DNA from: the human T2T-CHM13v2.0 reference genome, Homo sapiens | Assembly (NCBI RefSeq): GCF_009914755.1 | Contig: NC_060927.1 | Direction: 5' to 3' (one strand) | DNA: 64,000 bases | Shown: one piece after another, positions 27,701 to 41,750 of the stretch | How positions within the stretch are numbered: the first letter of the stretch is position 1 | How the letters are laid out: each line of letters starts with the position of its first letter | Position numbers and translations under genes: made by a program | Notes under the pieces: generated by a model | What the model was told of the DNA's origin: nothing | Seen by the model: only the letters and a program-made list of their open reading frames with translations | The model's database searches: none

Positions 27701-28291
27701 CTACCAGTAGGTTCTGGAGAGAATGTTATAAGACAGGAAAAAGGAAAATAATTCTTATTTCATGCCTATCATGTGTGCTTTCTTTCTTGAAATGATGGAA
27801 AATGATGGCTTCCCCATATTTCCAAACTGATTTTTTCAAATAGATTTGGAATGTTTATTATATTAATAAAAATAAGTGTTTTTAGATTTTTACTAAAGGG
27901 GAATGAAAGAGAAGGTAAAAAAGGTAAAACTGACACATGAGGGAAAGTAGTTTGTCAGCTGAATGGACTATTGGCACATTTTCATTAGTTCCAGTGGAAT
28001 TTGAAATGGTTTGTCAGGACTCTAACTTTGGCCCTAAAGGCACTTGGTGAAATACTGTTTTATTTTACTTGGTAAATAATAAGTATTTTAATGGAAGAAC
28101 ATTTTGGCTTTCACATCTGCTCCCTCGTGGCAACAGCAATTTGAAGTCAGTACATGCTACTGAATGCCATGAACTCTTAAGAAATTACCAAAATACCTTA
28201 AACTAAATTTCTTAGGTGAAAGTTGTTTCAAAGAACGATTGAGCCATTGTCACAGGAACCAATGCAGGAGGCTTTATAAAAACACATTTTT

Positions 28292-28605
28292 GGTCGGGCG
28301 CGGTGGCTCACGCCTGTAATCCCAGCACTTTGGCAGGCCGAGGGGGGTGGATCACAAGGTCAGGAGACCGAGACCATCCTGGCTAACATGGTGAAACCCC
28401 GTCTCTACTAAAAATACAAAAATTAGCCGGGCGTGGCGGCCTGAGCCTTTAGTCCCAGCTGCTGGGGAGGTTGAGGCAGGAGAATGGCGTGAACCCGGGA
28501 GGCGGAGCTTGCAGTGAGCTGTGACCGCGCTACTGCACTCCAGCCTGTGGGAAAGAGCGAGACTCCACCTCAAAAAAAAAAAAAAAAAGAAAGAAAGAAA
28601 AAAAA
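28292..28605 (+). mobile_element. AluY
   Basis: gagaccatcctggctaaca, gagaatggcgtgaacccgggaggcggagcttgcag; no clear TSD. Confidence 0.93.
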
Positions 28606-29529
28606 TTTGCCCCGATACCATGACTTTGAATCTTTTCCATTTCATCTTCACATTGTGAGTCATGATGAACTACTAATACAATATACTGGCAATATTTAAA
28701 GCCTTGTATTTGCTTTTTGCATATATATTTAAGTTTTGCAAAATTTTGGAAACAGGGAGCAAATAATTTTATATCTTGGAAAGTAACCTGGGCCTGTCAT
28801 ATTAACCCACTGCTTATGAATGGCCCTAGGGTAACATGTCATTCACATTCTTGGGCAGCTTGTCACATGTCACAGAAAGCACTATAGACTTACATTGGAT
28901 TTGACTCAAGAAACATGAATAAAGATAAATGTGGATAGGTAGAAGATAATCAAATACTGGAACATTTATGGTGCTATCAAGCACATAAACACATTTATAA
29001 ACTGTTTTGGCCTCTGTACAATTTATGCGCCCTGGATTTTCCCACAGAAGTTCTGAAGTAACTTACAAAAAATATGCTTTACAATGAATATGAAAAACTC
29101 GAACTAGAAATAGTAAACCAAGAGCACTAACAGGAAGAGGAAAGAGATATATACGATTATTGAGTGCGAAGTTTCCTGGCAACCCAAACAAAAAGGATAC
29201 AAATAAGGAACATCGTTATCCTTATTATAACTGAGGAAGTCCCTTAGCAGATGCCAAAGTTTTTCCTGGCAGAAATGTCTAAAAGATGTTCTTAATTTGT
29301 TTAAGTAAGAGTTGCTTAGAAGCAAGTGAGTTTGAATTTGTCTGGTGCTTAAAAACAGTGTTATGGGTAGATTTATGTTTCCAAATTATAAGCTTTGGAT
29401 TTTCTCAGTATTACTTTTATAAATGCCATCATATTACAAAGAGAGGATAATAAGCATCCAGTGGGTCACTTTGGTAGACTTAGTCCTTGTGGTTAATGAA
29501 GGCACATGTTGTCCTGCAGGCAGTATCGT

Positions 29530-29700
29530 GTCAAGCCAACCTGGATTCATACTGAGCTGTGTGTCCTTTGTCAAGTTCTATGACTTCTGTGACATTCCGT
29601 GATTTTTTTATTTCTGTAAAATAAGAATGCTCAATTACATAGTTATTAAGATTACATGATAAAATATATGTAAAAGAGCTAAGGTTATCACAGTACTGTC
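29530..29700 (+). mobile_element. MIR SINE
   Basis: agctgtgtgtcctttgtcaagtt...tctgtaaaataagaat...aagattacatgataaaatatatgtaaaag. Confidence 0.65.
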
Positions 29701-31299
29701 TTAACCATTAACAGCTAAAGATGAAATAACCCCATTTTTTTGCTTATTTTCCCTTCTTGTCACTAATTTCAACTTATATAATGGAGGAATAACATATACA
29801 AAGAATGAATATAATCACAGAAATTATAACTGAAGTCTGGGCTTCTGACTCAGTTCCATTCTGCATACACTATTACAGCTGTTTGGGTCTTACAGGAAAT
29901 GAGTTATTATGGAGATATAGGCTTCCAAAGCTAAGCATCTACCCTTTTGGAAACAAAATACATTGTCGATGCAAAAAAATAAAGGTAACTATTTATGATG
30001 AAATTCAGTTTCAAATTGGATTGCAGCCTTCCTTGTTTTTAAAGGTGAATGGACCAAGCAAAAATAAACTCCTTTGTAGCAATTTAGAATCATCAGGTTT
30101 TATTCTGCTTTAATATAGAGCAAACTCTGAGTACTTTATGGTCCTTGAAAAGTTGGTCCTACACAAGTAGCCTCAGCGTCTTGTGCATTTGGTTATTTGG
30201 AGGTCAGTCTGTTCCATTTACCAGCCCTTGAAGCCCTTTTACCTCCCTCCAGCTTATTACATCTAATCTTCTTTGGACTCAAGATCAGATAACTAAGCTA
30301 ACTTTAACTGTGAATAAAAGAAGAATCAACAGAATCTGGTCATCCAGGTATCAAGTACCCGAGTTTTTAATACATGAACTCTGAGACTTCTCTCTTAGTT
30401 CTTTGGAGCTCCTTTTGACTTTTAATTGCTAGTTTTCACTGTGCTCCAAAAGGTGAAATGTTATTCTATTTTTCCCCAGGAGTTATTAAAGACTGACAAG
30501 ACATCAGGAGTACCCCACATGCACAAAGTTCAACATCATCAAAATTTTTGAATACTCAAATATTCAGTTATATTCACTAATAATTATAGCTCTCTTACTA
30601 AAGTTTACTTTGGATTATTCACAGAAGGTATCAGTTTATTTCTTGAAGAATTTGAGAGAAGGAAATCATCTTTTTCTTGGTAGGTTTGCTCAAAGGTTTA
30701 GCAATACTTATCATTCAAACACTCTTTCTTATGTCTCACCTAGGTGCCTCTTGGTAATATTCTGTTGCTTTTTTACTGGGTTTCATTCACGGTAAAAATG
30801 AAAGATATTTTAAAACAACCCCTAAAGCATTTTAAATTAACTATTTAATGTCTAAGTTTTATGTTTCATTTTAACTACCATGCACTTAAGTATTTCCTTG
30901 TCCATAGGCCATACTTCCTAGTACACATAAAGGGGATATTTTTATATCTCATCTATTCTTCAAATCAAAACAGTAATAAGTGCTTCCCAAATGGCAAACA
31001 AATTCTAAGGATGTAATAAACTGTATACTTCCCTGATATATTATGACAACAGAATTTTTTATTTTTAAAATTTGTTTATATTTCTTTATTGCAACCTTTG
31101 TTGAAATTTCCATTAGGCAGTTAATTTACCTCTTTTCATTTGACTCTACTCTATAAGGCTCTGTATTCTATACAACATTTGTTAATTAAGAAGCAGTGGT
31201 TCCACCTAATATTTCTGATGTGTTTGTAACATCCTGGATAGTATCTAGAATTCTTCTAGTTCTCTGCTAGCTAACATATATTGTTTTTCTGATCTGTGC

Positions 31300-31495
31300 T
31301 GAGCTCTGGAATCAAGGCTTTACATACATGATGTTACTATATTGATATAGTAACTCTCGAACACAGATTAAATTATAATCCTCCTCGTACAGATGAAGTA
31401 ACTGGGTCCTGAGAGGTTAGGTAACTTGTATCACTTAGCTTAGTAGATGTGTGAGCTAAGATTGCACCCAGGCTGTGTGGACTTTCCCCTTTATG
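31300..31495 (-). mobile_element. MIR SINE
   Basis: tacagatgaagtaactgggtcctgagaggttaggtaacttg. Confidence 0.75.
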
Positions 31496-31894
31496 CCAAT
31501 ACTCTGAGTGGTGCTACTGACACAGGCCTATGGGTTTCGGTTGATGTCTGGGAGCAGAAAACTGCTAGCTATACCCATAATATTTCTTTCAGAAAGAGCA
31601 GTGGTGATGCAGCTTTGGGCTCATCGCAATTTAACATAGGGATGGATTTCTTCACAATTTTTGAGTTTTCTCGGGAAGTGTTTCCCTACTCCCCTAAATT
31701 GCCTTATTACTCTCATGCAAATACCCGCAGCTAATCTTGTATTTGCCCCTGATTTTAGGGTAATGAACTGAGACACAGAAAACTACATAGCCCATTGTGT
31801 GCCTCACACGGATGTGAAGTGGCCTAACCGAATTTACCCTTGGTGTCACCTGTAACTGTTTAAGTGGGTAGGCCTAAATTTTATACTATTAAGC

Positions 31895-32936
31895 ACTAAA
31901 TGAATATAAAATATGACTTTAAATGCCATCTACATGTGAAAAACTCCCAAAAATGTATTCGGAGCTCAGACTTCTCCCCAGAAATGCAGCCACACATGCC
32001 CAACTGTCCAGTTAGCAATTCCACTTAGGTGACCAATAGGCCTCTCTAACAAGCCAAAACCCATCTCACGGTTTTTCTTCCCAAACCGGCTCTTCTTGGA
32101 AGCTTTCCTAACTTAGTAAAAGTCAACTCTGCTCTTCCAGTTGCTTAGGCCTAATGTCTCAAGTTAGCCTCAAATTTCTTTCATTCTTTTTTTTCATTCA
32201 TGCCCTTCCCACCACAGTATAGCAAACAACAAAGCCCACTGGTCTTAATTTCAAAATACAAGCTGAATCTCACCTCATTTCAGCACCTTCACTGCAACCT
32301 CGTGTAAGCGCAGGTGTCTGTCACCTGGGACCTTGCAGATGCCTCCTAAATTGGTGTCTGGCTTCATCCCTTGCCCCTCTTCTTTTTCTTCTCAACTGAC
32401 AACCTAAGGGGTCATGTCAAAATGTCATTCCTGTCCTCAAAACAACTCCAGTGGCTTCCTGTCTCACATAGAGTAATGCAAGGCTTATGCCATGGCTGGC
32501 AAGGTCTTACATCTTCTGTCCCCCACCTCCTCTGCCCCTTGACCTCATCACTTTGCCCCCACCTCACCTGCTCTATTCACTGCCGCAGCCCTCAGCCCTT
32601 CTGTCTCCTCTGCTTCAATGCCCCTCCTTGGTGCACATGCTTGCTCCTTCCCTCTTCTAGGTGGTTCCTCAAAGGGGTTTTCCTCACAGTGAGTCCTCCT
32701 CATCCCACCCCAGCTAAAGGATCAAATCTTGTTCCATTTCTCACTTTCTTTTTCCCCTTGAAAATTATCACAAATATATGTTTAGCATATCCCCATTATC
32801 AGTTGTCCGGGTTCCCACTGTCATGTAAGTTCTATGAAGGTAAAGACTTCTTTCTGCAACAGACCCTGTATGTCCAGGATGTAGAACATTCTGGAAAGTG
32901 GTGGGTTCTCAAATATTTGTTGAGAGAACAGTGAAC
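31895..32936 (+). mobile_element. L2a 3' ~1 kb fragment
   Basis: aaatgccatctacatgtg...ctccagtggcttcctgtctcacatagagtaa...gtaagttctatgaaggtaaagact...aaatatttgttga; explains the 187-aa ORF at 32371. Confidence 0.85.
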
Positions 32937-33112
32937 AATTACTGGGTGAGATTAATAATTCATCAGAAAATAATAACTATCCCCCTTTTTGCTTAAAATA
33001 AATGTAGAACGTGATGTCTTTTCATTTTTAATACTTTGCCCATTTATTGTCCCTTATCCTAACAAGCAGGTGGTATTATTCTTCACCCAAAATCAAGAAT
33101 TATCATCTCCAA

Positions 33113-33425
<313 letters not shown>

Positions 33426-34165
33426 TAAATGGAAAGGGATGTGACAGTTTTCTCCCTATTAAATACTCAGTTCCCTCTAATAAGTCTTGAACTATTTCTA
33501 GGTTGACTGACAGTTGTAAAGTTTAAATAATTCTTCCTTTCTTTTATTTTAACATCACCTAGGGGCATTTATGTCAAAGACTAGCCTCTTGCTTTTTGTA
33601 AAAAGATCAGAGAATCTCTTAAGTAACCTGTAAAATACTGTTCACCATCCTTGGCAAAGGTAAAATTTAATAGTTCATAAGAGTTTTCAGAAGCAATGCA
33701 AATATTTTTAAATGATTTAAGTTTAAGAGAAATGATAAAACATGGGTTATAGTCACTGTGGGAAAGAATCCACTGCATAGCGTCCCCTCTTTGAATGAGA
33801 GAGACTTTCTAGAAAATGGGCAGAGGACAGAGACCACCACATATGGGGAAGGAAGCAGAGTGAAAGCCATGTTTCTCTTTGACCTCCAAGAGACATTTCC
33901 ATCAAGTTTAGGATTAGAGGTGAGTATTAATATCCAAAGATAAACCTAAGTTCTGTTACACAAACCAGGCAAAGATTTATATTTTCTGAATGCAATTTGA
34001 GATAAAACTAGAACAAATAATATGAAGCAAGAAAAAAAAAAGGCCAATAAAACCACAATTCTCCATAGTCTTTGAACAGTTTGGATTGTCTTTTAGAAAA
34101 AAATGTTCTGAAAAAAATCAAATATAATTTGACAATTCATATTTACAAAATAAATAAAAGGATCA

Positions 34166-34536
<371 letters not shown>

Positions 34537-35448
34537 TTAAGGTGTGTTCTGTAACCTGATCCTGAAGGAACTATAAGGTACATCATTTTTTTCAGGCTCT
34601 TGTCTATCTTCTAGAATAGTTGTAATATTCTTTAAAATAGAAAATATAATTATTGGGATAATTAGGATATAATTATTTGGGTAATAAAAGTATTGGAAGG
34701 AGATTGGTATCAAATAACTGTTCATCATCCTATTGATATTTAATAGTTTATTTTTATAATCATTATGGAAATAGTGAATACTTTTTAAAGTAATGTAATT
34801 ATTTATAATAATAAGAGAATTGTCAAGTTGTCATTGCTTCCCTAACACAGTATACAAAGGAAGAAGAAAACGCTGATCCAATTCTATCTTACATTGTGAC
34901 TTTAGTATTCCAACTAGATTGTAAAAGACAAAAGGTTAAAGATTATCTACTAATTCAGTTTCACTTTTGCTAGAGTTTAATATCACACATGTAATGAATA
35001 AAGTAATAGAAAGGAAGGACATTAGGGGAAGTCTGGGGGAAAATAATATCTTAGAAATTACTTATTAATTCATGTTCAATTAAATTTGTTTTTCACTGAT
35101 GATAAAATCAAGTTGCTTTCTTGAGAAGTCTTACAAATTTTTTTTTTTAGGAGATGTCAACCCAAAAGGTCACCTATTTTTTATATTAAAAACTAACTTT
35201 GGAAATTTTCAGAAATAAAAGAAAAGATCACTAAGCTGAGAATCCAAACACTTGACTTTATTGTGAAAGTAATTGTTAAATGTTACCTGTCTCAGTGGTA
35301 TTCTCTGGATTTCAGTGATCTGCCTGTAGAACAAAAAGGTGAGGCTAAGTCTTCATGACTTTATATAAGATTTCCAGTACCCTCTAATTGCTAGGAGTCC
35401 CACTCGAGAATATCCTTAGATAAGAAAAAAGAAGGGAGTGAAATGTAA

Positions 35449-35478
<30 letters not shown>
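35449..35478. repeat. (TG)n microsatellite
   Basis: Directly visible. Confidence 0.97.
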
Positions 35479-35481
<3 letters not shown>

Positions 35482-35520
35482 GTTGATGATAGCCTTTTAT
35501 GACAAAAGAATGGTCTGTAT

Positions 35521-35641
35521 TAGTGTTCAGCAAACATTTTCTGTATATTTAAGAATGGTGTGGCTGTATTCCAATAAAATTTTGTTTACAAAACAGATAA
35601 CAGATGGGATTTGGCCCATGGCTATATTTTGCCACCTCCTA
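35521..35641. mobile_element. MER58A-like MITE with internal deletion
   Basis: cagcaaacattttctgta joined directly to gaatggtgtggctgtattccaataaaat...gatttggcccatgg...tttgccacctcct. Confidence 0.75.
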
Positions 35642-35724
35642 ACTATATATGCTAATAAAAGTGTTAGCTGGTTTAGCCCTTTGGATAGGCAATATTGAGG
35701 CCAAATCAGATTTTACGTAAGTTC

Positions 35725-36140
35725 CTAGCCTTTGACACAGCAATCTCACTTCTAGTAACTTATCCTAAGGGAATATTTGGACAAATACATAAAGATATTA
35801 TCTGTAAGGACATTTATTATAACATTATTTATGACAGCAACACAATGAAAAGAAACTAAAAGCCTTTCAATAAGAAATAAATTATGTATATTATGGTTTA
35901 TTCCTACAGTAAGATACTACATATTCAGTAAATGATGTCACATATTTATATGTACTGATGTAGTATAATGTCCATAATGCATCCTTAATTGGAAAGAAAT
36001 AAGCTATAAAACATTAAGTATAATACTATTCTGGATTTGATGATAATCTCCAGATTATACGATTAGAAATAATTTCATTTTCTTAAAACTCTATGATGTT
36101 TTTGTGTATACTATATTGCTTTTATAACTAGAATAAAAAA
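35725..36140 (+). mobile_element. Old L1 (L1ME-like) 3' fragment
   Basis: cctttgacacagcaatctcacttctag...tatcctaagggaata matches the L1M ORF2-end/3'UTR motif. Confidence 0.7.
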
Positions 36141-36819
36141 ACAGCAAAGGTATTTCAATTTGGGAAAAAATGTGTAACAGTAAGCAGATTATTAAATTAT
36201 GATGAAGCAGATACTTTCAATAAAATCCTAAAAATCTCATAGCCCTCTAAATAATCTTACATGTTGTTAATTTAGTTTTTACCATGGGAATTCACACCCT
36301 TAGACTATCAAAGAAACAGGCATTTCAGCGCTATGTTGAAGACAACCATCATGACACAAATTATTCAAAAAAGAAATAGTGTGTTGTATTTAACATTACA
36401 ATTTAGGCTCCTCTCAGTTTGTCTTAAGAGAAAATAAAAGATGCTTCTTGCCTTCTTGTCTTTTTTTTGTTTTGTTTTGTTTTTTGCCATTGTAGCTACT
36501 GCCAATTGAGACATTCTGTAGTTTTTCTCAGATTCAGAGAAGAAAATATCTCACAAGTTTGTTCATCCAACATTGTAATATGAGTTCTTCAGATTCCTAG
36601 AGAAAGCTCAAAGGCTGTCCAAATCCCCACAGCTATGGCCATCTCTAGTCTTTTGATTTTAACTATACAAGGAAATTCTTATTATGAAATCTTTTTATGA
36701 ATTATTTTTAAACATTTTTTAACATTTGTAATGTTAGTTTTTCCAAGGAAAACTTTGTTGTTAGCAGCAAATTTTTCCAGAATAAAACGCTGACAAAAAA
36801 ATCAGTAACTTTTTAAAAA

Positions 36820-36867
36820 GGCTTTATTTAGTGCTTTATATGTTGCTGGCACTGTTTGATGAGACGG

Positions 36868-36925
<58 letters not shown>

Positions 36926-37165
36926 CACATGAAATATGCACATACACATTTATTTTTTATTTAATTTAGCTACTTTAGCTCATTTAATCTTCATGACAAC
37001 CCTACAAGGTGCATTTGCTTATCATAAATTATCATTCATTTTATGGAACAGAATGAGGCATAGAGAGGTAAAGTATATTGCAAAAACGTACACAGCTAGT
37101 AGGTGGCAGAGCAGGATTCAAGCGCCTGTAGGTTGTGGTATAAACATTTTCCTCAACTGCCTCAC
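36820..37165 (-). mobile_element. MIR SINE containing a (TG)n tract
   Basis: ctcatttaatcttcatgacaaccctacaaggt...gaggcatagagaggtaaagt...cacagctagtaggtggcagagcaggattcaa. Confidence 0.8.
36870..36923. repeat. (TG)~26 microsatellite (Z-DNA-prone)
   Basis: Directly visible pure alternating tract. Confidence 0.97.
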
Positions 37166-37731
37166 AACACTTGCTATGTAGCCTCCACAACTGTATGACT
37201 CTAACTGATGGGATACGTACACATGAAAAATGGTTAAGAGGCCATATACAGCAAAAAAGTTTGTGCTGTACGACTGCTTATATGCACCTAAAACAAACAA
37301 ACAAAAACACTGGTGTGCTTACCTTAAAATAAACTTGAGACTTTATTACAGTTCTGGAAGAAAAAATTGTTTTTCACAGACCTGAGCTAAATTTTTGACA
37401 ATGTATAAACATACATGAGGGCTAGTAGCACAGTGGGGATGCCTTGCAAGTGTAAGTTTTGCTAGTCTATGATTGCATTGGGCTGGGATACAGAAATTGC
37501 TACTTAGGAACACTCAAGAGATGTTTGGTTTTTGAGTAGACTCATTTCACCTTGGAATTCAAGGTGTTTTAAGAGACTTTGGCACCTCTTCCTACCTGAA
37601 TCAGACATAGTTGATGACAGCAAGTCTATAACACCTGTAGACATGGAATCTATCTAGAAATCTTACAAAATGTCTTCCGGTAACAACAAATTATGCTTTA
37701 TTTAGACATTTAGACCTCAATATTTTATTAA

Positions 37732-38012
<281 letters not shown>

Positions 38013-38577
38013 ACCCCCTTTAAATTTTGCAGAGAATTTGCCCTTCTTCATCCTAAATGACATTCAGAAAGTCATCAAATTACTGTGGGTGACAATTATA
38101 ATTATCATTCATTATCACTCATTATCACTATTCACCAATACATTGTAGGTAGTAACTTGCTTCTCACTTTCAGAAAGATCCTGAGCAGCTGATCTATCAT
38201 TACTCTTCTATCAATCAGTTCCATTAAGCAATTGGAAAATAAAAAAATCCTCCCCCCGCCCCACCATTATTATAAGCTCCATTAGGAAAGACAAGAGGAA
38301 AGAAAATGGAAGTATCCAATCCTTAATAGTATTATTTATATTTAATTTTTTCATATTGCTGAGGGATATTTTCTGATTCAGGGGATTCACTGGCCATAAT
38401 TACATGCACAAATAGCTAAACAGACTCCAAATGAAAATTTTTAAAAATATATATTTTTTAAGGAACGACTTTTCATTTCTTAGTCCAAGTCTTCAGAGAA
38501 TAGTCTGTACAGATCTGCTAGGAGCAGAGTCAGGTCATACTAAATTCAGTTGATTGATAAGCTTGTTTGTGGATTGA

Positions 38578-38860
38578 TTTTTTTTTTTTTTTTTTTTTTG
38601 ACAGAGTCTCATTCTGTTTTCCAGGCTGGAGTGCAGTGGCACAATCTCAGTTCACACAACCTCCGTCTTCTCATGTCTCAGCCTCCTGAGTAACTTGGAT
38701 TACAGGCATGCACCACCACCCCTGGCTAATTATTATATTATTAGTAGAGACGGGGTTTTCTATGTTGGCCAAGGCTGGTCTCGCACTTCTGACCTCAAGT
38801 GATCTGCCCGCCTCAGCCTCCCAAACTGCAATGAGGATTACAGGTGTGAGCCACAGCACT
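38578..38860 (-). mobile_element. Alu (S/J) with internal deletion
   Basis: T22 tail; part of the right arm is missing. Confidence 0.9.
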
Positions 38861-38917
38861 AAGACAGATTGAAATTTTTCTTAGGAGAGAAATCCATCCA
38901 TAAAAAGTTAATGAAGG

Positions 38918-39229
38918 TGACCAGGCACCGTGGCCTGTAGTCCCAGAGCTTGGGAGGCCAAAGCAGGAAGATTGTTTGAGGGCAGGAGTTTGAGACCAGC
39001 ATGGACAAAACAGTGAGACGCTTGACTCTACAAAATAGCAATAAAAAAAATTAGCTGGGCCTGGTGGCATGCCTGTTGGTCTAGCTACTCAGGAGGCTCA
39101 GGTGGGAAGATCTCTTGAGCCCAGGATTTCAAAGTTACGATGATCTATGATCGTGCCGTTGTACTCTAGCCTGGGTGACAGAGTGAGACTCTGTCTCTTA
39201 AAAACAAACAAACAAACAAAAAACAAAAC
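38918..39229 (+). mobile_element. AluJ
   Basis: (AAAC)n tail; TSD gttaatgaagg. Confidence 0.9.
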
Positions 39230-40046
39230 GACGTTAATGAAGGATGTAAGTAGGAATGCTTATAAAGTTTATTAAAATAAATATATATGATATATGATTA
39301 AACATAAAATACTTTTTAAAGGAAAAAACCAAAATGACAAATAAGAACAATAACAACAATACTTTATAAGAAAAAGGAAAACTGTATCGAACCTGAAAAC
39401 CAAGCAGGCTTCTATAAACTTATTGTTGAATATCACATGCTGGCTTCCAAAAACGTCATCTAGTATTAAAGCTTCAAGTCACCAGTGCATGTAACCTCTC
39501 TCCAGTCCTCAACATCCAACTCTTCATTCTGCAACCACTTCCCAGAAAAGAAGTCTTCTCAGTTTACCAAGCAAACTCTTAACCCAATATTTCTACCACC
39601 AAGAATATAGAAAAAACAATATGCCAAGCTTAAGAAAGAGAATTTTGGCCAATAATTGTTATTTTCACAGTAAACCTAATTCTCAAATGTAAAAATGGTA
39701 AAACAGAATGCAAATTATTTTAAATTTGAGCAAGTCTTTTCTTTTGAATAAAAAATCACCAAACAAATAATCAAGAAAACAAAGATATGTACACAAGCCC
39801 AAATTCTCCTTTTCCCTCCTACTTCTGTTTTTTTTTTTTTTTTTTTTTTCCATCCCTCTCCATTCCACCCTCACATCTATACTTATATCTTCCTTATGGC
39901 TTACTTGAATTTTCTTGCTTTCCTTTTATATTTTTCTCCTTCTTTTCCCCCAGTTCTTTCTATTGCCAATATTTGTGCCTTCTTTGTGTCTCTCAGTGAC
40001 ATCTGGAATTGTACTGGTGGCAGATGCAAAATTTAGGGATGAATAA

Positions 40047-40596
<550 letters not shown>

Positions 40597-40909
40597 TAAA
40601 ATATTTTTTTCTAGCTTTACGTGACCCAACAACAAAGTTCCCTGGCAGATGGTCATATTATATACTACTCTCTTGTCCTATTGCTTATTCTGTGCTTGTC
40701 CTTGCTCTTATATATATATAGGCATTAAAAAAAATGAAACAAAAACAACCAAACATAAAATTAATCAGCTCTGGTGGTGTCAGTTCTCATTTCCAAACAT
40801 TCACTGCTTCTCCCTTGCTCCAAAGTAAAATGGAAACATCTAACTTGCCAGTTGAAGCTCTCAAATATCTGATCTCATTCTTCCTTTCCAACATTAAGCT
40901 CCATTGGTT

Positions 40910-41750
40910 CTGTTTTAGTTAGGACAGCGTAGGCTTTGCAGCAGTAACATTTCAGTTTTTTTCTGTGAATTCAAGGAACATTTATTTCTCACCAACACAA
41001 AGTTGTATCAGCAGATACTCCCTTCCATCTGGTAAGTCACACCGTGAAGTTCTTACCACTTTGTAATGTTACATTTCATAGGGCTGCCAGATTTATAAAA
41101 TATAGGATGCTCAATTAAATTTGAATTTCAAGTAGACACAATGTTTTTAGTATAAGTATGTCCCATGCAATATTTGGAACATATTTATATAAAAAGTATT
41201 CATTGCTCATCTAAAGTTCAATGTTTTAGAAAAATGATTTAGTGTAATAATAGTATAAAAAGTTTTCAGTATTCAAATAGTATAATAGTAAAATAATTCA
41301 GCGTATAGTGTATAATATTTATAATGTAACATAAGACTATTATATAGTTTATAATACAGTGTAATATATAGTATACAGTATTATAGTGTAATAGTGTAAT
41401 AATTTTGTATAATAATTTTTGGTATAAATCTGTTCCATGCAATATTTGGGACATGCTTACACAAAATTTTTTTGGTGTTTATCTGAAATTTAAGTTTAAA
41501 TGGGAGCCCTGTGTTTTATCTGTGAACCCTGCATATTTTGGCAAGTGTATTTCAAGGTTACAGAAGCCAAGAGAATAAAGAAATGGAGCATCACTGACAC
41601 TTTATCTGCCTTGACCCGGAAGCAGCACACATCACTTCTGCTCACAGTCCTTTGGACAGAACTGGTCACATGGCCTAAGTATAACTGCAATGAAGACTGG
41701 GAATGTAGGGCAGATCATGGAGAAGTGGTGTCCACTAAAGTCTCTGCTAC
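40910..41750 (-). mobile_element. MaLR solo LTR (MLT1J/K-like), split by MER53
   Basis: taggctttgcagcagtaaca... and ggaagcagcacacatcacttctgctcacagtcctttggacagaactggtcacatggcc...tctctgctaca. Confidence 0.7.
41080..41531. mobile_element. MER53 with duplicated core and AT-rich low-complexity insert
   Basis: Termini agggctgccagat / atctgtgaaccct; core ccatgcaatatttgg occurs twice (about 41163 and 41435). Confidence 0.8.

Noticed and set aside
32371-32934. Longest ORF (187 aa)
   Set aside because: Lies wholly in a decayed L2a 3' region, starts at TTG, and has low-complexity L/P/S/C composition.
37096-37110. CTCF site (ctagtaggtggcag)
   Set aside because: MIR-derived and mismatched at a highly conserved C of the core motif; not supportable without ChIP data.
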